Source: Octopus sinensis
Taxonomy: Eukaryota
Direction: 5' to 3'
Assembly: GCF_006345805.1 (NCBI RefSeq)
Contig: NC_043009.1
Location: 64,108,001 to 64,172,000 of the forward strand
DNA length: 64,000 nt
Positions 55,901 through 64,000 of this stretch are shown in pieces. The notes beneath the pieces were generated by a model that was given only the letters and a program-made list of their open reading frames with translations, was not told where the DNA came from and ran no database searches. A program made the position numbers and the translations under genes. Numbering within the stretch: position 1 is the stretch's first letter; every line of letters starts with the position of its first letter.

Positions 55901-58900
55901 TTGAGACGGACTGGCTAAACTCAAACTCCAATACATTACAACGAAATAAGAAAGACGATTCACATGTTAGTGCTAGCGTAAACATGACACTAAAGGGGTA
56001 CATATTTAAACGCAATAGTAAAATATGTAATTAAGAGAGGAATGTAATCATTAGTGCTGACATTACTGGAGACGTATCCGATTTATTCATAGTATGGTGA
56101 GATAAGCAACTCAAGCGACAGTTAATAAAGAAACCTATAGTACTAGTAATGTACTCGCAGGATGTCGATGATATAAACACATGATTACAATAATCCTACC
56201 AGATAATACAAAGCAAAAAGAAAAATATACGAAGAAAATATACCAACGAAAAGATTAAGAACATCAGAAACTTTCTCCACCAAAACAATAAGGCTTCTCT
56301 CGATTTCCCATCCAAACGTTCCAATAAAAATCTACCGGTTCTAGATACGGAAATATATGGTAAGAAATTATAAGTGGCATGGAACAACATCATTCACTCA
56401 AATTATAAGAAAATTACGACGACCAAACACCTGATCCTTCAAAGCTCTGCTTTGCTAACATATGAAAAGATAAACAACTTGATAGCAGATCTTGTAAAGA
56501 CCCGTAAGAAGCACAAGAAATGTATCTCTTTAACCTGCATTCTGTGAACCGAGAAAGCACTCCATGATTTCATCCACCTCATAGGTGTCAAATTTTTTAA
56601 TCAACACAAATAACATACAAGTATAAACAATGTATTTGGATCATTATTTACGTTCTGAGTTCAAATTCCGCCGAGATCGACTTCGCCCTTCATCCTTTCG
56701 GGATTGATGAATTAAGTACCAGTTGCGTACTGGGGTCGATCTAATCGACTGGCCCCCTTCCCAAAAACTTTCGGGCCTTGTGCCTAGAGTAGAAAGAAAT
56801 ATATTTGGATCGTTTTGAATTTCGTCAATCTTCAGACCAAGTTACCTGACGAAGAGCAGCAGCATACATTGCGCCATTCCTCTAAAACATTAGGCTAGAG
56901 TGCTTAGTACTAATAATTCTTTTTACTAAAGGCACAAAGCTTGAAGTTTGGAAGGAGAAACCTTGACGGGTCCATTAAACGCAGTACTCCACTGGCACTT
57001 ATTTTATCGACCCCGAAAGGACGAAAGGCAAAATCGATCTCGGTGCCATTTGAACTTAACACATAAAGACGGGCGAAATACCGCTAACCATTTTGTCCGG
57101 CATGCTAACGATTCTTTTCTACTCTAGGCACAAGGCCCGAAATTTTTGGGGAGGGGGCCAGTCGATTGGATCGATCCCAGTGCGCAACTGGTACTTAATT
57201 CATCGACCCTGAAAAGATGAAAGGCAAAGTCGACCTCGGCGGAATTTGAACTCAGGACGTAAAGACAGACGAAATACCTATTTCTTTACTGCCCACAACG
57301 GGCTAAACACAGAGGGGACGAACAAGGACAGACAAACGGATTAAGTCGATTATATCGACCCCAGTGTGCAACTGGTACTTATTTAATCGAACCCGAAAGG
57401 ACGAAAGGCAAAGTCGACCTCGGCGGAATTTGAACTCAGAACGTAGCGGCAGACGAAATACCGCTAAGCATTTCGCCCGGCGTGCTAACGTTTCTGCCAG
57501 CTCGCCGCCTTATCCTAACACTGTGAAGCAAAATTCAATTTTTTTTCTTTGGTTATTTCCTGTTTGCTTCTTTGGTTATTTCCTGTTTGCTTCTATCTAG
57601 AATTCAAAAGAAACGACCACTATTCCCTTCAAACTATGCTTTTGTGACCTGGATATCATGCGTAACCCTTGACGTGTAGTTCTCAGAGAGATTCAGCGTG
57701 ACACAGAATGTGACAAGGCTAACCCCTTTGAAATACAGTGACTAGAGCAACGGCGAGTATCGAACTCACGACCCTACGATCGTGGGCCGAATTCATACAC
57801 GCACACACACACAAATTCACATACCTCCTTTTTACATACCCACACTTATACTCACACAGAGTTGAAACGCTGATTTTTTTTCACCCCTTCCTTTTATATT
57901 CATCTATCACTCCCTTCCTTTCTCATTCATATGTTGTGACGAGAAGATAGAAGATACACGACGCGCTCTTTGCCACTTCCTTTCTCTCATTGCTGTTACT
58001 TTCTTGCACTCTCTCTCAGTCAGGGCTATTACTCTCACTACTTCTCCTTCACTGAATTACTATTTTCTCTCCTCTCCCTTCACTTATACCACTCTTTCTC
58101 CAAAAACCATCCTACTCCTACTCTGTCATTTTGGACGCTCATTACTATATCAGGAGATTATCTATATTTATATGCTTTCTTTCAGTTTGACTTAGTGTGC
58201 GAGAAGAAATGGCTGAGGTCCACTTTACAGTCAGTTTATTTTGTCGGTTATCTATTTGGATCAATTGTATTTGGAGTTATATCTGATAGGTACAGTATCA
58301 TTAAATCATTAATTTCCATATATTTAATATGATATTTATATAATCTACACGCTTTTAAAGTTTATAATCGTTGCCATTTCTAGCAAAATTCTTTCCGTTT
58401 GAAATTTTGAATAATTTCCACATGAAACTGAAATCGACCATTAGAGAAAGAAATAATTTTCCTTTATACCTAAAATATGTCGTCAAAACACGTCCTACAT
58501 TCAAATGTGTGTGAAGGCGCATGGCTTAGTGGTAAGGGATATTCGGCTCACGATTGTAGGGTCGTGAGTTCGATACTCGGCGTTGCTCTAGTCACTGTAT
58601 CTCAAAGGGGTCAGCCTTGTCACATTCTGTGTCACACTGAATCTCTCTGAGAACTACACGTTAAGGGTAAGGGATGTATGTGAAGTGCTCAACGACTTGC
58701 ACATGAATTTCACGAGATGGCTGTTCCGTTGACGGGGTCAAGTAGGACGCTCATCGTCATAAACAACGGAATGGCATTTTTTTTTTTACTTGCAAGTTTA
58801 AAGTTAGAATTGATACAGTGCTTGTCTGTTCATCTCCAGTATGTTAGCATTGCTTTCTAGTGTAGAGGACATAACAAATACGTGATGAGGTTTCCATCTG

Positions 58901-59151
58901 ACACACTCTTTTATTCTTTTACCAGTTTCAGTCATTTGACTGCGGCCATACTGGAGTACCGCTTTTAGTCGAACAAATCGACCCCAGGACTTATTCTTTG
59001 TAAACCTAGCACTTATTCTATCGGTCCCTATTTCCGAACCGCTAAGCTACGAGGACATAAACACACCAACATCAGTTGTCAATTGATGGTAGGAGGACAA
59101 ACACAGACGCACAAATGCATACATACATACATACATACATACATACATACA

Positions 59152-59184
<33 letters not shown>

Positions 59185-59185
59185 G

Positions 59186-59217
<32 letters not shown>

Positions 59218-62038
59218 CGTGTCTGTGTGTATATGTGTATGATGGACTTCTTTCATTTTCCATCTACTAAATCCACTCACAAGGCTTTGGTCGGCCCGAA
59301 ACTTTAGTAAAAGACACTTGCTCAAGGTGCCAAGCAGTAGGACTGAACCCGGAGCCATGCGGTAGGGAAGCAAGCTTCTTACCACACAGCCACTCCTGTT
59401 GAAATACTCTTTACCTTTTGGATACGGTTTGGCGCAGTGGAAAACAAATAAGCTTCGAGAAACACACATTTGTTTATAAATTGAAACTAGATGATAACAT
59501 TGAAATATCACAACCTGCCCATTCACTCTCCTCTGAAAATTCTTTTCTCTACAATTAGAGACATTTTATCAGTGAAAGTCTAAGTATTATCGTGAACTAC
59601 GAAATCGAACTTCGCAGCCAGATGATATTGGGACATGATTTCGATTCTTGAATGGCTTTATATAATTCCATTTTACACTTCATCACGAACGAATAAATAA
59701 ACAAACGCCATCTATCTACTCTTTGATGTCACGAACTTCATGCCCGTGTCAGAAATTATTGTGAAAGCTTGAAGGCTCTCGAATTAGCTTCAAATTCTTG
59801 CACAAGCCCAGCAATTTCAAGAAGGGAGTGAGTCGATTACACCGACCACAATGCTCAACTGAAACTTATTTTTTGAACCTCGAATGGACGGCAGTTAAAG
59901 TCGACCTCAGTAGTATTTGAACTCAGAACGTAAAGACGTATGAAATACCTATTTCTTTATTACCCACAAGGGGCTAAACACACAGAGGACAAACAAGGAC
60001 ATTCAAACGGATTAAGTCGATTATATCGACCCCAGTGCGTAACTCTTCCTTATTTAATTGACTCCCGGAAGAATGAAAGGCAAAGTCGACCTCGGCGGAA
60101 TTTGAACTCAGAACGTAACGGTAGGCGAAATACCGATATGCATTTCGCCCGGCGTGCTAACGTTTCTGCCAGCTCGCCGCCTTTGACGTGTGAAATACCT
60201 ATTTCTTTACTACCCACAAGGGGCTAAACATAGAGGGGACAAACAAGGACAAACGGATTAAGTCGATTATATCGACTCCAGTGCGTAACTGGTACTTATT
60301 TAATCGAACCCGAAAGGATGAAAGGCAAAGTCGACCTCGGCGGAATTTGAACTCAAAACGTGGCGGCAGACGAAATACCGATAAGCATTTTTCTAGGTGC
60401 AGTAACGGTTCTGCCAGCTTCACGCCTTTATAAGCTTAACTTTATTGACCTATTATGTATATATATATTATGTATTGACCTATTATGTATATATATATTA
60501 TGTATTGACCTATTATGTACATAGGCCGTTAAGTTGAAGTCAGATCATTGTCAAGAATGAGAATGTTTTAACTCCAGCGATGACACACTTTATTCATTTA
60601 TACAATGAAATGCCGGACGAAATGCTGCTAAGCATTTTCCTCGCCGTACTAGCCATTCTACCAGCTTGTCGCCTTGAAAGATTTCATAGTTTCAGTTGAA
60701 TTATGCAGTGTGGTAAGTAGCTTGCTTAACAACCACATGGTTCCGGGTTCAGTCTCACTGCGTGACATCTTGGGCTAGTGTCTTCCACTATAGCCTCGGG
60801 CCTTGTGAGTAGATTTGGTAGACGGAAACTGAAAGAAGCCCGTTGTATATATGTATATATGTGTGTTTGTTTGTGTGTCTGTGTTTGTCCCCCTAGCATT
60901 GCTTGACAACCAATGCTGGTGTGTTTATGTCCCCGTCACTTAGCGGTTCGGCATAAGCGACCGATAGAATAAGTACCAGGCTTACAAAGAATTAATCCTG
61001 GGGTCGATTTGCTCGACTAAAGGCGGTGCTCCAGCATGGCCGCAGTCAAATGACTGAAAGAAGTAAAAGAGTAAAAAGGGAGTAAAGAGAGTTAAATTTC
61101 ACGATAACATCGTATTAAAACGATGAGACAAGATAAAGCCTAAAAAATATGATTATATTCTGGATTTCTGCTTGGGGTTCACGCTTAATCGCCTGATTTC
61201 AGATTTAATAAGCAAAACGCATCCTTCAATGATTGTCTTTATAAGCTCAAATGACCGGGCGTTGTGAGTGTTTATTGAGCGAAAACACCTAAAAGCTCCA
61301 CGAACCTCCGGCAGGGGATGGTGGTGATCCCTACTGTACTCTTTCACCACAACTTTCTCTCACTCTTACTTCCTGTTTCTGTTGTACCTGTATTTCAAAG
61401 GGCCGGCCTTGCCACTCTCTGTGTCACGCTGAATATCCCCGAGAATTACGTTAAGGGTACACGTGTCTGTGGAGTGCTCAGCCACTTACACATTAATTTC
61501 ACGAGCAGGCTGTTCCGTTGATTCGGATCAACCGGAACCCTCGTCGTCGTAACCGACGGAGTGCTTCCAAAAAAAAAAAAAAAGCTCAAATTCCAGTTAA
61601 ATAGAAGATGCAGGCATGAACATAAACAATTGTAATTAATGGAATAACTTAATTTTGTATTCGTATGTAATTTTTAATTTACCATTAATTATTTTCGAAT
61701 AAGGCTTTTATTCTGATTCACATAAATAATTAGGTTTACATTTTTCTTTTTCGTACAGATTTGGTCGGAAGCGGAGTTTTTTCTTGGCAAACCTATTCTT
61801 AGTTGTATGTGGACTCGGGAAAATCTTCGTGCCATCATTGACCATACTTATGATTCTCCTTTGCTTTCAAGGTTATGGTTATATTGGCCAATTAATTAGC
61901 ATTTATACATTGTGTAAGTTATTGCCATAGTTATCGATTTATATTTTTTCGTAAGGTATATCGTGAAACTACGTGTTTTTGCATAATTTTTTTCTGCTTG
62001 TACAACCAAACGTGCGCAGGTGTGTGTGTGCGCGCGTG

Positions 62039-62115
<77 letters not shown>

Positions 62116-62667
62116 GTATAAATATAAGAGAGTGGTCACTAAGTGGCTCACTCTGGCACTAGAAATAGATCCGATAGGTTTAAGCCAAACCTATCGGATC
62201 TATTTCTAGTGCCAGAGTGAGCCACTTAGTGACCACTCTCTTATATTTATGTATACAATTTTGTCATAATCCAGGTTTTTTTGTGCACTGGGTCACTTGG
62301 TGTTAAATGGATGTACTATTAAATTAGTATCCAATTTTCTCACCCTTATCAGTTTATATATATATATATTATTTGAGGGAATATTATTCCTAACTTACAG
62401 AGAAAAATTCAATTTAGAAATACTAAATAAAATTTCACAAAATATTATATATATAATGGCCGCGGCCTTCGGGCTAAAACATTTTAAAGGATTTTTTAAA
62501 GGATTTATATATATATATGTATTTATAATATATATATATATATTTAATTTTAATATTTCTATTATATGTAATTTTCTTGATGGTGTAATTTAATTGTTCA
62601 TTTTGAATTGATAAAAAGTGTTTTTTTCTAATTTATATATATATATTATATATATTATATATATATA

Positions 62668-62739
<72 letters not shown>

Positions 62740-63504
62740 CAGTGTGCAATGTTTTACCAAAAGGGAAAACTATAAATGTCACTAAATACGAGTAGGGCGT
62801 TAGAAACACCTAGATTGCTAGGAATAAGAGCTAAAGTCCTCTAATGCTGTAGTCAAAACACATAATTGTATACATGTTTAATGACAGGACCTAGAGTCGC
62901 CCGAAAGCACCAATCGAGAATTGCCCATACTGATCGGTCAGTTTCGGCAATTTCCGTTGCCTCATCAGTAAGGACTGGCTCAACTTGGACAGATTCCGAG
63001 CTTAATACTCCGTCAGTATATATGTTTCCACAATAAAAATCTATGGATGATTTTGCGAATCGCTAATACGCATACAGAAAATTAAAATACTCAGCAGTTT
63101 GCAATGTTTTACCTAAAAGGAAAACTATAAATGTCAGTAAATATGACTAAGTTGTTAGAAACACCTACATTGCTAGAAATAATTATTTAATCGACCCTGA
63201 AAGGAATAAAAGGCACAGTCAACCTCGGCGGAATTTGAACTCAAAATGTAAAGACGGACGAAATGTTGCTACTCTTACTCTTTTACTCTTTTACTTGTTT
63301 CAGTCATTTGACTGCGGCCATGTTGGAGCACCACCTTTAGTCAAGCAAATCGACTCCAGGACTTATTCTTTGTAAGCCTAGTACATATTCTATCGGTTCT
63401 TTTGCCGGACCGCCTAGTTACGAGGACGAAAACACACCAGCGTCGGTTGTCAAGCGATGCTAGGGGGACAAACACAGACACACAAACATACACACAAACA
63501 CATA

Positions 63505-63563
<59 letters not shown>

Positions 63564-64000
63564 CATGCATACGACGGGCTTCTTTCAGTTTCCGTCTACC
63601 AAATCCACTCACAAGGCTTTGGTCGGCCCGAGGCTATAGTAGAAGACACTTGCTCAAGGTGCCACGCAGTGGGACTGAACCTGGAACGATGTGGTTGGTA
63701 AGCAAGTTACCTACCACACAGCCACTCCTGCGCCTGCTAAGCATCTTCTCCGGCATAGTAACGATTCTGCTAGCTCGACGCCTTTATAGGCTTTTGCCAT
63801 ATTGAGCTGTTATGTATATGTGTCGTTAAGTTGACGTCAGAACAACGTCAGGAACGGGAATATTCATGCAGCAATGTATTTCAACCAATTTGTTAAAAAA
63901 CCCTATTTACATTTTCTTTTTTAATTTCACAGCTTTGGAACTCGCCACTTCAGGTGTACGTACGCCTTTTAATTTTTGCTTTATGTGTACTTATTCATTT
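52945..64000 (+). CDS. SLC22-family organic ion transporter, paralogue C (5' part; continues off right edge). Exons 52945-52996, 54227-54585, 58186-58289, 61759-61913, 63933->end
   Basis: In-frame splice: MAEIEEYQLKSDKEINSS-ANIKQLLEKCTYGPYQRR...CYP...CSVY...QCSYGR...IISE|FDLVCEKKW...ISDR|FGRKR...YTLS|LELATSGVR; same intron phases as A and B. Confidence 0.92.
53125..53490 (+). mobile_element. CR1-clade LINE 3' fragment
   Basis: GLKHLSYEERLKTLDLYSLEKRRRRGDLI...RGHSEKL...FFVRVADPWNKLP. Confidence 0.85.
53785..54189 (-). mobile_element. Helitron-like element (same subfamily as 3230-3748)
   Basis: Reverse-complement match including the internal cgtagactcatcgtag segment. Confidence 0.55.
54227..54585 (+). 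CDS. SLC22 paralogue C exon 2
   Basis: tttcag|GT GCG...GAG|gtgagt. Confidence 0.92.
55250..55632 (+). mobile_element. Helitron-like element (second subfamily; 3' part also at 5497-5880)
   Basis: Shared 5' 68 bp; 3' part near-identical to 5685-5880. Confidence 0.55.
56650..57510. mobile_element. Cluster of nested/tandem SINE family 3 copies
   Basis: Four overlapping copies in both orientations. Confidence 0.8.
58186..58289 (+). CDS. SLC22 paralogue C exon 3
   Basis: 104 nt, ttcag|TTTGAC...AG|gtacag. Confidence 0.93.
59870..60425 (-). mobile_element. Tandem SINE family 3 copies
   Basis: Repeated acggattaagtcgattatatcgacccc blocks. Confidence 0.8.
61759..61913 (+). CDS. SLC22 paralogue C exon 4
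   Basis: 155 nt, tacag|ATTTGGTCGG...TTGT|gtaagt. Confidence 0.92.
62118..62250. repeat. Perfect 64-bp inverted repeat with a 5-nt loop
   Basis: 62118-62181 pairs exactly with 62187-62250; loop aagcc. Confidence 0.95.
62738..63182 (-). mobile_element. Retrozyme-like tandem unit (355-bp period, ~1.25 copies) containing an HHR
   Basis: ~90-bp direct repeat at 62738 and 63093 (about 85-90% identical by eye); begins at the end of a (TA)n tract and is cut off by a SINE at ~63183. Confidence 0.6.
62924..62972 (-). ncRNA. Type I hammerhead ribozyme (canonical core)
   Basis: minus strand: ctta-CTGATGA-ggcaa cggaaa ttgcc-GAAA-ctga ccga tcag-TA-tggg; stems II and III are perfect, stem I is 4 bp with 2 GU pairs. 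Confidence 0.82.
63933..64000 (+). CDS. SLC22 paralogue C exon 5 (partial)
   Basis: ttcacag|CT TTG GAA CTC...; LELATSGVRTPFN aligns with LIECVSQDYRMPLN of B. Confidence 0.85.

Overview
AT-rich, microsatellite-dense animal genomic DNA, most likely an octopus (coleoid cephalopod), inferred from the SINE repertoire and (TA)n/(TACA)n density. The window holds a cluster of three SLC22-family (organic cation/anion transporter, MFS) paralogues that I assembled exon by exon from GT-AG boundaries. Gene A is on the minus strand, starts at 10777 and runs off the left edge. Gene B is on the minus strand and complete (9 coding exons, 43853->26045, 549 aa). Gene C is on the plus strand, starts at 52945 and runs off the right edge, divergent from B. 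The rest is transposon debris: four or more tRNA-derived SINE families, Penelope-like elements (PLE), R4/Dong, RTE, CR1, CRE and Tx1/L1 LINE fragments, mariner/Tc1/pogo fossils, hAT/Tigger/mariner MITEs and Helitron-like elements. The most notable unexplained signal is a set of hammerhead ribozyme (HHR) motifs. Three are apparently intact type I HHRs: one at the centre of a perfect 148-bp foldback element, one inside a 355-bp tandem retrozyme-like unit, and one U3-A8 core variant at a PLE 3' end. There are also several decayed copies, including the tail of a tRNA-headed SINE. All structures were read by eye; no activity is demonstrated.
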